A stretch of DNA of 61,084 nt, from positions 1 through 61,084 of the forward strand of contig JAOUMD010000003.1 of the NCBI GenBank assembly GCA_029881675.1. Reading direction: 5' to 3'. Source of the DNA: Minisyncoccota bacterium. Its GTDB lineage: Bacteria > Patescibacteriota > Microgenomatia > UBA1400 > PJMF01. The notes below the pieces were generated by a model, which searched no databases, was not told the origin of the DNA, and saw only the letters and a list, made by a program, of their open reading frames with translations. Of the stretch, positions 9,454 through 19,605 are shown one piece after another. Within the stretch, counting starts at the first letter, position 1; the number at the start of each line of letters is the position of its first letter. The translations under genes and the position numbers were made by a program.

Positions 9454-9600
9454 TTCTTTTATACACACATGCTGTGTAGAAAAAGGAGCACATTAATATT
9501 TGAATTTCGTACTATAAGGATGGATTTAGTATTTCAGTTGTTTGGAAAATTAAATCCATTCTTATAGTGCAAGGAAATGGGACTAATCATTGATTAGGGC
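9454..9600 (+). ncRNA. Candidate structured 5' leader RNA
   Basis: TACACA/TGTGTA hairpin, GCACATTAA, a 22-bp stem (9509-9530 with 9549-9570) containing G-U pairs, and a CTAATCA/TGATTAG inverted repeat. Confidence 0.5.
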
Positions 9601-9626
9601 AATTTATCGCACATCATACTTTAAAT

Positions 9627-10508
9627 ATGGAGTCTGACATGAATAAGCAAGATGTAGTAGAAACAGAAAAAGTTTCAGTTGATGGAACTGAAGGTAATAT
9701 CATGAAGAACTTGTGGGCATCCATTATGGAAAGCCGTGAAAGCGTGCTGGCTATTTTGGGAGTGTTTGCGTTTGTGTTCTTTAATGCAGTTGCAAAAACA
9801 TATGATCCGCAAGCAATTGAGGGTATTAAAATCGTCGTCATGTCTGGCGGTGTTTTAGCTCTTACTCTAGATGCTTTACGTCGTATACGAGTTAATGGAT
9901 TTATCTGGGAACTCGTTGAAATGGGAGCACTGGTCGTGATGCTTGTAGTATTTGGTTTAGTTTTTCACTTCTTAGCACCTGCTTTTTATGCTGGTAGCTA
10001 TCACTTTTTGATTGAAGCAATTGCCTTTGTTTTTGGTTTAATCTTCATCACAAAAGTGGCTCGTCGTGGAGAACTTGACTATACACCAGTCGTTGGATAT
10101 TTGATTGGTACTGTAATAATTGTCAATCTGGTTCAACATTCATGGGCAATGACCCTGCCATTGATTTTGGCAGTAATTGTTCAAGGAATGGAACTCTGGC
10201 GTGATCGTAACTGGCAAGCAATTCCAGTTGCTATCGTTGGTATTCCTTTCATGCTGGTTATGAATAGCTGGACAGGTGCCATTGTCGGAATTATCGTTGC
10301 AGGTTTTATTGCACCGACGGTTCTGGGATGGATTAGCAATAAGTGGGACTTCTTTACACCATTTGTAAATAAAATGGTTCACTTTGGTATTCAAGACACT
10401 AAGACCGAAGAAGAAGTTCAACTCGTTAGCCTCTATTTCTCGATTGAAGGGATCATGACATACACAATTTTAACCAGTGTATTCTGCTACCTGATTTCGA
10501 TTTTATAG
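9627..10508 (+). CDS. Orphan polytopic membrane protein
   Basis: 293 aa, many TM segments; codon usage differs from neighbours (CGT for Arg). Confidence 0.8.
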   Translation: MESDMNKQDVVETEKVSVDGTEGNIMKNLWASIMESRESVLAILGVFAFVFFNAVAKTYDPQAIEGIKIVVMSGGVLALTLDALRRIRVNGFIWELVEMGALVVMLVVFGLVFHFLAPAFYAGSYHFLIEAIAFVFGLIFITKVARRGELDYTPVVGYLIGTVIIVNLVQHSWAMTLPLILAVIVQGMELWRDRNWQAIPVAIVGIPFMLVMNSWTGAIVGIIVAGFIAPTVLGWISNKWDFFTPFVNKMVHFGIQDTKTEEEVQLVSLYFSIEGIMTYTILTSVFCYLISIL

Positions 10509-10538
10509 TCGCATTCCAGCGAAATTCAATTTTCACCT

Positions 10539-10570
10539 AACAAGGCCACCTTCTAAAGTGGTCTTGTTTT
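10539..10570 (+). terminator. Intrinsic terminator
   Basis: AACAAGGCCAC-cttctaaa-GTGGTCTTGTT followed by T run. Confidence 0.7.
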
Positions 10571-10599
10571 GCATTTATAGACCTTTTTATGGTCTTTTT

Positions 10600-10992
10600 T
10601 TATAGATACTCTTTATATTCAGCAAAGCTACTTTGGTGATCTTGCCCAGGCATTTCATACTGATGCTTTACAGCACAGCTATATGTTTCTGTTTGGTTAA
10701 CTAGTGCTTTAAACCAAGCCACTATGCCATTAGCATAGCCACAATAAATACAACTTATTTTTTGTCCAATACTAAGTTTAGATAGGTTCCATCTATCAAA
10801 GTTCAAATAATTGCTTCTCTTTATTTTAGGAATACCTTGGATAGTAAAATATATTTCTTGGTAAATAGTGGCGTAAATATCAACAATAATAATTGGAATG
10901 ATTGCAGACCAAATCATTGAGGTTCCAATTAATTTAAATAGTAGGTTTTTTTCTTTGAGTTTCTTACCTTTTTCGATGACGAGTAATTTCAT
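10600..10992 (-). CDS. Hypothetical membrane protein with CxYCxY motif, downstream of copA
   Basis: CIYCGYANG and YSCAVKH; ATG 10992 preferred. Confidence 0.7.
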   Translation of the reverse strand: MKLLVIEKGKKLKEKNLLFKLIGTSMIWSAIIPIIIVDIYATIYQEIYFTIQGIPKIKRSNYLNFDRWNLSKLSIGQKISCIYCGYANGIVAWFKALVNQTETYSCAVKHQYEMPGQDHQSSFAEYKEYL

Positions 10993-11032
10993 ATATATCA
11001 ATATACACATTACTAGAGTAATCTGGCAAGAA

Positions 11033-13306
11033 TTACTTCGTTTTATAAAACTTCATTGTCAAACTATTTGTTACAACACTGACAGATGAAAAGGCCATTG
11101 CGAGTGCTGCTACTGCAGGATTAAGTAGTATTCCAGTAAATGGGAATAAGACTCCGGCTGCAATTGGAATCCCGACAGTGTTATAGAAGAATGCCCAGAA
11201 GAGATTTTGTTTTATTTTATTTAATGAGTAGTGGCTAATATCTATAGCATTGATAACACTATTTAGATTGTTTTTAATAAGTACTATATCCCCTGTTTCC
11301 ATAGCAATATCTGTTCCAGAAGCCATGGCAATACCTAGGTCGGACTGAGCTATCGCTGGAGCATCATTGATACCATCTCCAACCATTGCTACCTTGCCTT
11401 CTTTGGCTTGTAACTCTTTAATTTTTTCTGCCTTTTGATGAGGTAGGACTTCACTGAGTAAACCATCTAAGTTGAGGTCTTTTGCAATAGCCTGAGCTAC
11501 TCTTTGATTATCACCAGTTAACATCCAAACTTGTTTACCCATCTTTTTAAGCTTTGCGATTGCTTGTGGTGTTTCTTTTTTCAATACATCTGCAATTGCA
11601 ATGAAACCAATTATCTTTTTATCTGAAGCTAGAATTACTGTAGTTTTACCCTCATTTTCTAACTTTTTGATTTGTTCTTCATGTTTCTCAAACTTAATTT
11701 TATTGTCAGTCATCATTGATCTATTTCCAAGAAGAAGAGTTTTATTATTTAGTTTTGCAGTGACACCTTGTCCAGCGAGGTTTTCAAATTTAGTAGTACT
11801 TTTTAGTTTAATCTTTTTCTCTTTGGCTGCATTTACAACAGCTTCAGCTAAAGGATGTTCTGAGTGTTGTTCAATACTGGCTGCAATTCCTAAAACAGTC
11901 TTTTCATCAGCTTCAATAGCAATTACATCAGTCACTTCAGGTTCTCCAACAGTCAGAGTTCCTGTTTTATCAAAGACAAAGACATCTATCTTATTTGCTG
12001 TTTCTAAGGCTTTTGAGTTTTTCATCAGAATCCCATGCTGGGCAGCAAGTCCGGTTCCCATCATTACAGCGGTAGGTGTCGCTAGCCCTAGTGAACAAGG
12101 ACAAGCAATAATCAGGACGGCGACAAAGACAGTTAGTGCGAAAACAAATGACTGTCCTAATGCTAACCAGATAAAGAAGGTCACGATAGCAATAACAAAG
12201 ACTCCAGGGACAAAATAGAAACTAACTCTATCAGCAAGCAGTTGAATCGGAGCTTTAGAACCAATCGCTTCTTCAACCGTTTTGACAATTTGAGAAAGCA
12301 TTGTATCTTCACCAACCTTGAGGGCTTTAATTTTTATCATGCCTGTCTTATTTATTGTGGCACCAATGACCATTTCTCCAATCTTTTTTTCTACAGGGAT
12401 ACTTTCTCCTGTGAGCATTTTTTCATCTATTGTTGAGTGACCTTCGATAATCTCACCATCAGTTGGGATTTTTCCACCTGGTTTGATTTTGATAATGTCT
12501 CCAACTACTAGCTTTTCAATTGGGGTAACAATTTCTAAGTCACCTTTTATTACCAATGCAGTTTTTGCTTGAAGGCCAATTAACTTCTTAATTGCCTGAC
12601 TAGTTCTACCTTTAGTAAGTTCTTCTAGATATTTTCCAAGAGAGATAAAGACTAAGATTAAACCGGCACTCTCAAAGTAAACATGCTCCATTGAAGCTTG
12701 GGCTGGGTTATTAAGCATGTTAAAGAAAATTACAATAGACTAAGCATATGCAGCCAGTGTTCCAGTCGCTATTAATGAATCCATGTTTGGATTCTTGGCG
12801 ATTAGTTTTTTTACACCAGAGACATAAATAGGTTTATTGACGAACATAATTATGCTTGCCAAGATAAATTGAATTGTTAAGTTAGCAACATAAGACAAAC
12901 TAGGCTGAGGAAGACCCATCATTTCCCCCATGGAAATATAGAATAATGGCAGACCAAAAATAACAGACCAGATAAAAGTCTTTTTAACTGTTTTTAGATA
13001 TTCTTCTTGTGGGTTGATTGAAACAGAGTCATGATCATGTTCTCCCCCTTCGTGCATTTCTCCATCTTTGCCTTTGTGATCCATTTTTTTATTAGCACTA
13101 ATTGCTCCATAACCTTGCTTGGTGATGGTATCAACAAGATCTTTTTCTGAAACAAGATCTTCATCAAATATAATCTGAGCTTTATTATTTGCATAATTTA
13201 CATTTGCAGTAGAGACACCTTTTTTCTTACTGAGACTTCGTTCAATTAGAGTAGAACAAGAAGCACAGTGCATACCTGTAATTTGGAGAGATGTTTTTTT
13301 TGTCAT
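11033..13306 (-). pseudogene. copA: Cu(+)-transporting P1B-type ATPase interrupted by one in-frame TAG (12740-12742)
   Basis: HMA GMHCASC, TGES, CPC, DKTGT, HP, GDGIND, YN and MAFSS motifs. The two track ORFs (12740-13306, 11033-12718) are in frame across the TAG. Confidence 0.85.
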
Positions 13307-13309
13307 AAA

Positions 13310-13332
13310 GATATATTCGATATTTGATATAT
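13310..13332. promoter_or_regulatory. Candidate ArsR-type operator upstream of copA
   Basis: GATATATTCGATATTTGATATAT resembles the reverse complement of 15291-15313. Confidence 0.5.
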
Positions 13333-13378
13333 GTTATTTTTATTTATATTTCAATTATTATTTAATTGTTTAATTAAT

Positions 13379-14794
13379 TTATTTTACTACTTCGATGATT
13401 CCAGTTGCCATACCCATCCAACAACTGAAGCGATATTTACCTGGTTTTGTGGCCGTAAACTGTTTGGTGACAGTTTGACCTGGAACTAGTTTGATTTGAC
13501 CAGAGAATAAGTCACGTGCAATGACAGCATTGGTACAACCGCTTGCTCCATTGTCTGTGATTCTCCACTCTACTGGTACTCCAGCTTTTACTTGGAAATA
13601 GTTTGGAGTGTATTCTAGACCGCTAGCAGACATTTCAATAATTTGAAGATTTCCTTTTTGATCTGCTAATCCTGCCTCAGTGTTTTGTGTAGCAATGAAG
13701 TAACTAGAAAAGTTAGGAAGTCCAAGAACATTTAATGCAGAATTAATATTAAATATGGCAAAAGCAATGATAAGGAAGCCTGCAACTTGGGAGAACATTC
13801 TAGTGATGTGAGGTTTTTGATTGAACATCAAACTAGAAAGTCCAATAAAGAAAAGAATAGGAGTTGTTCCAAGTACGAAGGCAGTCATAATCATGGCTCC
13901 TTTAATTGGATCTCCAGAAAGTAAAGCTAAACCTTGGGTAGTAATTGTAAAACCACAAGGAAGGAAAACCGTTCCTGCTCCCATTAACGCAGGCATATAT
14001 TTACCTGAGAAGTTTTTTTCATTTGCAATAGATCTAGTCAAAAATTTTGGAGCAGTAAAACTGAACTTTTGCGCCCAACTCACTCCTAACATTTGAAGTG
14101 ACATAACAAACATTAGAATTGAAACAAGGATCATTAGGATTGCAGAAAAGTCTAGTGAAACTTGAAAAACATTACCTAAAGAACCAAGTAAAAAACCAAA
14201 TAGAGCGTAAGCTACAACTCTTCCTACATTAAAAAGAATATGTGGCTCTAGCTTATTTATTAAAGATTCTTTAGTTGTATATAAACTAGCCCATTGTTTA
14301 GACATTGAAAGAACAATCCCACCGACTAAAGCAGAGCAAGTAGAAAATCCAGCAATTACTCCAAAAATAAGGAACGCAAAAACTGATGATTCTGCATTAA
14401 CACTTAATTGAGCCATGCCGGAATCAGAAAATTTTAGGAATGCTCCAAAGATAACTACAACGATGGCTAGTGATGGTAGTATTTTTCCTATTCTGGCGAA
14501 GTTCCAAATAATTTCTCCATCTTCACCCATTTTTACATATGGTTCTTCAGTTGTTCTTTTTTCACCTTTATTATTTGAAAAGAAATAATTATCTTTTTCA
14601 AACATTTTGTTTAGTTTTCCAACGCTGGGAGCTTTACCAGTAAATTCAATCAAAACAGAATCATCTTTTTGTGAGACTTCAACTGATTTAATATTTTTCT
14701 TTTCTAGTAATTCATTTTCAATTAACAACTCACAAGATGCACAGTGCATTCCAGACACATAATATTGTTTTTCTTTTAGGTTTTGTTTTGGCAT
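13379..14794 (-). CDS. HMA + DsbD_2/TauE-like membrane domain + cupredoxin-like domain protein
   Basis: GMHCASC, STC..LVGG, FNVGR, FLPCGF and C-terminal FSCWMGM. Confidence 0.85.
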   Translation of the reverse strand: MPKQNLKEKQYYVSGMHCASCELLIENELLEKKNIKSVEVSQKDDSVLIEFTGKAPSVGKLNKMFEKDNYFFSNNKGEKRTTEEPYVKMGEDGEIIWNFARIGKILPSLAIVVVIFGAFLKFSDSGMAQLSVNAESSVFAFLIFGVIAGFSTCSALVGGIVLSMSKQWASLYTTKESLINKLEPHILFNVGRVVAYALFGFLLGSLGNVFQVSLDFSAILMILVSILMFVMSLQMLGVSWAQKFSFTAPKFLTRSIANEKNFSGKYMPALMGAGTVFLPCGFTITTQGLALLSGDPIKGAMIMTAFVLGTTPILFFIGLSSLMFNQKPHITRMFSQVAGFLIIAFAIFNINSALNVLGLPNFSSYFIATQNTEAGLADQKGNLQIIEMSASGLEYTPNYFQVKAGVPVEWRITDNGASGCTNAVIARDLFSGQIKLVPGQTVTKQFTATKPGKYRFSCWMGMATGIIEVVK

Positions 14795-14809
14795 AAATAT
14801 TAGTGATAT

Positions 14810-15292
14810 CTATTTAATATATTTATCTGGTCCTTTGGTAAATTTTTCTAGACAGCCTGAGGCGCAGAAAAAATAATTGTTATTTTGATAAGTAGTAGCA
14901 TAACTGGCTAGTTTTGGAGAAACTCTCATTTGGCAAACTGGGTCATGTGCTAGGGGTAAGAATTTCTCAATATCTTTGCTGAGTTCCTTTGCAAGTTTTA
15001 TATCTTTTGCTTCTTCTATTAAAACCTCTCTGATTAAATCACTGGCCTTAATAAAATTGGGATGTGATATCTGATAGAAAACTTCTTTACCTTCTTTCTT
15101 TGTAGTGACAATTTTATATTTTCTAAGGACTGATAAATGTTGACTGAGGTTAGACTGAGGAAGGTCTAGCATCTCTTCCATTTGTTGAACATTGAGAGTT
15201 TGCTCTCTGAGAAGATTAACTATTTCCAACCTTTTTGGATTAGCTAATGCTTTAAGTGTGTCTGCGTGTAATTTAAAAATTTGTGAATACAT
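14810..15292 (-). CDS. ArsR/SmtB-family regulator fused to a YHS domain
   Basis: KALANPKRL and SNLSQHL HTH motifs; DPVCQM...YFFCASGC. Confidence 0.9.
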   Translation of the reverse strand: MYSQIFKLHADTLKALANPKRLEIVNLLREQTLNVQQMEEMLDLPQSNLSQHLSVLRKYKIVTTKKEGKEVFYQISHPNFIKASDLIREVLIEEAKDIKLAKELSKDIEKFLPLAHDPVCQMRVSPKLASYATTYQNNNYFFCASGCLEKFTKGPDKYIK

Positions 15293-15313
15293 ATGCGATA
15301 TATTGAATATATC
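15291..15313. promoter_or_regulatory. Candidate ArsR-type autoregulatory operator
   Basis: Imperfect palindrome ATATGCGATATATTGAATATATC at the start codon; similar copy before copA. Confidence 0.5.
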
Positions 15314-15435
15314 TTTTATGAAAACTAATTACAACTAGTAATATTATCCTGAGGTAAAAATATAATTTTCTTTTGCATCTGGTGTTTTAACCTTCCAACA
15401 GGTAAAATCCCCTAGTTAACAATAGTTTTTAATTA

Positions 15436-16269
15436 GTGACTGATTTTATAATCACATTCAGAGAAACTTTAGAAGCCTCTTTAATAGTAGGCATTGTTTT
15501 AGCATACCTTTCCCAAACAAATCGCAGAGTTTACAACCATATTATCTATCTAGCTGTATTTGGTGCTGTTATTGCAAGTCTGATTACTGCTTGGATATTT
15601 AACACCTTTTTAGGTGGATTTACTGGAGCAGCTGAAGAAATATTTGAAGGCATAGCGATGTTAATTGCATCAGTTATGGTTTCTACAATTGTGCTTTGGA
15701 TGATGAAGCAAGGTAATAAAGGACAAGAGTTAAAAGACCAAGTTGATCATTCATTATCGCGTGGGCAAGAAATTGGTTTATTCACTTTAGTATTTTTATC
15801 TGTATTCAGAGAAGGTGTAGAGACTGTTATCTTCTTAGCAGCCAGTAGTTTAAGTGGTGAAAATAATTTAATGATGGCTGGTTTAGGAGTAGCTGCTGCA
15901 ATTTCAATTGGGTTAATGATTTTTAAACTTGGTATTAAAGTTAGTTTAAAACCATTCTTTATTATCACCAGTGCATTCTTAATTCTGTTTGGTGCCGGTC
16001 TTTTTGCCCATGGTGTTCATGAATTACAGGAAGCGCATATTGTTCCTACAATAATTGAGCATGTTTGGGACATTAATCATATCTTTAATGAAAAAGGACA
16101 GGCTGGAGTATTTGCCAAACATTTATTTGGATATAACGGCAACCCCTCATTGATTGAGGTTGGTTCATATATACTATATTTAAATACTATTTATTGGCTT
16201 TATATATTTACAAATACCCATAAGGGCACAAGTAAAAAGCAGAAAGAAATAAAAAATGAAAAAAAATAA
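15436..16269 (+). CDS. FTR1/EfeU-family iron permease
   Basis: Two RExxE motifs (RETLE, REGVE) and HELQEA. Confidence 0.9.
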   Translation: MTDFIITFRETLEASLIVGIVLAYLSQTNRRVYNHIIYLAVFGAVIASLITAWIFNTFLGGFTGAAEEIFEGIAMLIASVMVSTIVLWMMKQGNKGQELKDQVDHSLSRGQEIGLFTLVFLSVFREGVETVIFLAASSLSGENNLMMAGLGVAAAISIGLMIFKLGIKVSLKPFFIITSAFLILFGAGLFAHGVHELQEAHIVPTIIEHVWDINHIFNEKGQAGVFAKHLFGYNGNPSLIEVGSYILYLNTIYWLYIFTNTHKGTSKKQKEIKNEKK

Positions 16270-17077
16270 AACTCTTTTACATGTAGTTTGTGACTATGTT
16301 TCTGGTGGAATGGAATTTGGTGAAATTGATACCAGACTTCATAACACTTTAGAAAATCCAGAACAGGTATTGATTCATGATACTTCTGTTCCCTCCTTAG
16401 ATACGATTGCAGTTGGGTTTGTAACAGCTCAATATGCCTTATCTGAATATAATGGCAGAATGGTTGTTTATGGTAATGCAGCTCCAAGAAGAGGTTCTAC
16501 AAAAGCTACCAAGACCAATATGGATCATGGGATTAAATATGCCAAGTTAAAAAATGGTGTAGAAGTAATTAATGTTAATTCAGAATTTGCTTTTGGTTTT
16601 ATGAAAGACCAAATTGTAGAGTTTAGAAATATTGATTGTCCAAACAGTGGTTCACAATTTAGATCTAGAGACTTCTTCCCAGAGAGAGTTGCTAAGATTG
16701 TTAATGAAGATAGATCTGTTCTTTCTGAAGAATTAAATATAGATGATATTCCTGAAATTCCAAATAATTTAGTGTCATGGACAGACGGTTTTGGAAATAT
16801 TAAAACAACCATGAGAAAATCTGATTTAGAAAAATTAGGTTTTAAACCAGGAGATAAAGTTCAAGTAATTCTTAATGGTGTTAGTGCTGTTGGAGTAATT
16901 GCAGTAGGTGGTTTCTCAGTTGATCGTGGTGTTTTAGCTATTAATATTGGTTCATCTGGTTACGAAGATCCATTTGTTGAGTTCTTCCTTAGAGTTCACC
17001 ACATTAGTGAAAAGGCAGCTGCTCCTAGATTTAATTATCCAGAAGGTGGAACTTCTTTTGAGATTAAAAAACTTTAA
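16256..17077 (+). CDS. SAM hydroxide adenosyltransferase / chlorinase-fluorinase superfamily protein
   Basis: N-terminal DY, QFRSRDFFP and WTDGFGNIKT motifs. Confidence 0.7.
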   Translation: MKKNKTLLHVVCDYVSGGMEFGEIDTRLHNTLENPEQVLIHDTSVPSLDTIAVGFVTAQYALSEYNGRMVVYGNAAPRRGSTKATKTNMDHGIKYAKLKNGVEVINVNSEFAFGFMKDQIVEFRNIDCPNSGSQFRSRDFFPERVAKIVNEDRSVLSEELNIDDIPEIPNNLVSWTDGFGNIKTTMRKSDLEKLGFKPGDKVQVILNGVSAVGVIAVGGFSVDRGVLAINIGSSGYEDPFVEFFLRVHHISEKAAAPRFNYPEGGTSFEIKKL

Positions 17078-17116
17078 TTAAACTGATATTTAATAAAAAA
17101 ATAGATTAGAAATAAT

Positions 17117-17148
17117 AAAGGCTCTTTGATATACAAGGAGCCTTTTTG
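17117..17148 (+). terminator. Intrinsic terminator
   Basis: AAAGGCTCTTTG-atata-CAAGGAGCCTTT plus T run. Confidence 0.75.
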
Positions 17149-17212
17149 TTTGGTTTCATTATCTTAAAATGTCTTTATACTAACACTAGTTAAAAAGTAC
17201 AAAAAAATATAT

Positions 17213-17737
17213 ATGAAGAAAACATTGTCATATTTTGCACTACTATTAGTCTCTGGATTAGTTTTTAGTGCATGTATCCCGGGGCTAAATAAAGAAAGTG
17301 ATGTAGAAGAAACTGGTGAGGTAATGGAAAAAGAAACAGGAGAAGCTATGGAAGAAAGTGGTGCAACAATGCTAAAAGAAGATGCCATGGAGTTGGGTGA
17401 GGATTATGTAAATGATACTGTGGTTGATGATTCTGAAGCTATGATGAAAAAAGAAGGTAGAGCAATTTCTATGGAGATGGGTGGGTTTTATTATGCTCCA
17501 AATGTAATTGAAGCAGAGGCTGGAGAGACTATTACTGTTACTGTAAAAAATGTCAAAGGTTTTCATGATTTTGTCATTGATGAGTTAGATGTCGCAACAG
17601 AACAGGTTAACGAAGGAGAAACAGTTACAGCAACTTTCACTATCCCTGAAGATGCTAGCGGTACAGAATATGAATTCTACTGTAGTGTAGGAAATCACAA
17701 AGCCCAAGGTATGGTTGGTACTTTGATGGTTAAATAA
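17213..17737 (+). CDS. Cupredoxin (plastocyanin/azurin-type) lipoprotein
   Basis: Lipobox-like FSAC; type-1 Cu ligands HDF and YCSVGNHKAQGM; Met/Glu-rich linker. Confidence 0.88.
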   Translation: MKKTLSYFALLLVSGLVFSACIPGLNKESDVEETGEVMEKETGEAMEESGATMLKEDAMELGEDYVNDTVVDDSEAMMKKEGRAISMEMGGFYYAPNVIEAEAGETITVTVKNVKGFHDFVIDELDVATEQVNEGETVTATFTIPEDASGTEYEFYCSVGNHKAQGMVGTLMVK

Positions 17738-17742
17738 TTAAC

Positions 17743-18939
17743 TTAGTGAGAATGAAAAGACCGTTCTTTATGAGCGGTCTTTTTTGTATCATCATGATAC
17801 TTAGTGAAGACATAAGCAGCAATTAAGGTAGCTAGTGGGGCAGCTAAGATTAACCCAATACTACCAACTAGCATCTTTACTATTTCTTCTGCTATTACTT
17901 CAAATTCTATGATATCGATAAATGTTTTTTGTGAGTCAAAGAATAATAGTAAGAGTGGTAGAGATGATCCTGCATAAACTAAAATTAAAGTATTAACCAT
18001 TGAGGCAATATGATCTTGTCCTACTTCCATCCCTTTTTTAAAAAGAGTCCAAAATTTAATTGATGGTTTTGCATGCTTAATTTGTTTAACCACTGAAGCC
18101 TGACCAATAGTAACATCATCAAGAATACCTAATGTTCCGATAATAATACCAGCAAGAAGTAAACCTTTGATATCGATTGTCCCCTGCCTTTCAATTTGTA
18201 AAAATCCAGCTTCTTCACTAGCAAAGCCTGTTAAGTGTACTTTGTCTACAAAATAGACAGCTAGGAATCCAGTGAACGATAGTGCAATTAATGTAGAAAT
18301 AACTCCTACGTGAGTTTTTTTATTTATGCCATGAGAAACATAAAAAGTACTAGGGATGATAATCATTGAACCAATAAGAGCAGCAATAACTGGATCATAG
18401 CCTTTAATTATCATTGGAATGATAATTCTAAAAATGACACCAAAAGATAACGCTAAGCCAATTAATGACATAGCTCCCCAGATTCTACCGATGATTAAAA
18501 CAGCCAAGATAAATAATATTGTCAGAACTGTTAAACCGTGTCTTTTTATTCTTCCAGCCACTACGTAAACATCATTGTTTTCAAAATCTTTACCACTGTA
18601 AATTTTTAATTTATCGTTAACCTTGTAGTCTTCATATTGAGCAGTAATATCAGCAAAGGCTGATGAATTTTTGACTTCTACACTCTGCCCTGTTCTTTCT
18701 GAATTTGTAAATTGAACTTCAAGTATTTGATATGGAGCCAATTGATCAAAGGCTGTTTCTTGGCCTGTTTCTTTTATAGAGATAACTACTCCTTCAACTA
18801 TTTCTTCTTTAGGTGGTTCGATATTTATGTTCTCTTGATTGATATTATCAGTTTGTGCATAGCTTGGGGAAACTATTGTAAAAAATATGACAAAAAGTGT
18901 TGTGGTGATAAAAGTAAATTTATTTATTATAGTTTTCAT
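17743..18939 (-). CDS. YibE/F-family membrane protein
   Basis: GILDDVTIGQ, GQDHIASMVNTLILVYAG and GSIGL motifs. Confidence 0.9.
   Translation of the reverse strand: MKTIINKFTFITTTLFVIFFTIVSPSYAQTDNINQENINIEPPKEEIVEGVVISIKETGQETAFDQLAPYQILEVQFTNSERTGQSVEVKNSSAFADITAQYEDYKVNDKLKIYSGKDFENNDVYVVAGRIKRHGLTVLTILFILAVLIIGRIWGAMSLIGLALSFGVIFRIIIPMIIKGYDPVIAALIGSMIIIPSTFYVSHGINKKTHVGVISTLIALSFTGFLAVYFVDKVHLTGFASEEAGFLQIERQGTIDIKGLLLAGIIIGTLGILDDVTIGQASVVKQIKHAKPSIKFWTLFKKGMEVGQDHIASMVNTLILVYAGSSLPLLLLFFDSQKTFIDIIEFEVIAEEIVKMLVGSIGLILAAPLATLIAAYVFTKYHDDTKKTAHKERSFHSH
17755..17785 (+). terminator. Intrinsic terminator embedded in the 3' end of the convergent YibE/F gene
   Basis: AAAAGACCGTTC-tttat-GAGCGGTCTTTT plus T run. 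Confidence 0.65.
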
Positions 18940-18940
18940 G

Positions 18941-19528
18941 CTAGTGCATTTCTATCATTTCTACATCTTCTGTATCGCAAACTCCTCCAGGGCAAGCTGG
19001 GTGAAATTTAGGTCTTTTGACTATTCCCGCTTTAATAAGTCCATTATAAATATAACAACCGACACAGATACCCATAGTTGATTCCAGCCACATCATGAAA
19101 AGACAAAGGGCACAGATCAACAAAGGTACAATCGTTTCCATCTTTAAAACAAAAATGAGCAGGATCATGATTGATGAAACTGACAAACCTATGCTCCAAG
19201 CAAATCTTTTTTGAATAGCACCACAGTACTCAGGTTTTTGATTTGAAATAAGTGGTCTAGAGAGGAAACCATAGATACTATACTTTGGTCCTCTCGATAC
19301 TTTAAGTAGAAAGTCCAAAAAGAATGTAGGAAGAACAAACTTTAGCATCGTAAAGTCCCAAGTTGAGAAAGTATAAAAAAAAGTAAATACTCCGATAAAG
19401 AGCATAATACCGGCTGTGGCTCTAACTGCTCTATCATTGACTACTGGATATGGGGCATCTTTACCATTTATCTTTAAATCTGGGATGATTTGACCAAATT
19501 CTTCATTAGGAACAAACAGTTTATTCAT
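18941..19528 (-). CDS. DUF4395-family membrane protein
   Basis: RATAG, QKRFAW.IG, ES..GICVGC, C-terminal CPGGVC. Confidence 0.8.
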   Translation of the reverse strand: MNKLFVPNEEFGQIIPDLKINGKDAPYPVVNDRAVRATAGIMLFIGVFTFFYTFSTWDFTMLKFVLPTFFLDFLLKVSRGPKYSIYGFLSRPLISNQKPEYCGAIQKRFAWSIGLSVSSIMILLIFVLKMETIVPLLICALCLFMMWLESTMGICVGCYIYNGLIKAGIVKRPKFHPACPGGVCDTEDVEMIEMH

Positions 19529-19605
19529 ATTTCTATCTTATGTAATTAACAATAATAAGGATATTTATTTCATTTTGATTGTATCAAATAATGATATCAG
19601 TTGTC

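Noticed and set aside
11601..12218. 205-aa plus-strand ORF and similar antisense ORFs over udk, uvrA, eno and gpmI
   Set aside because: Antisense shadows of well-conserved genes, with no motifs of their own.
12740..12742. Genome-wide TAG or TGA recoding
   Set aside because: Many genes end at TAG at expected positions, TGA is also used as a stop (37003, 47735), and no other split genes or suppressor tRNA were seen.
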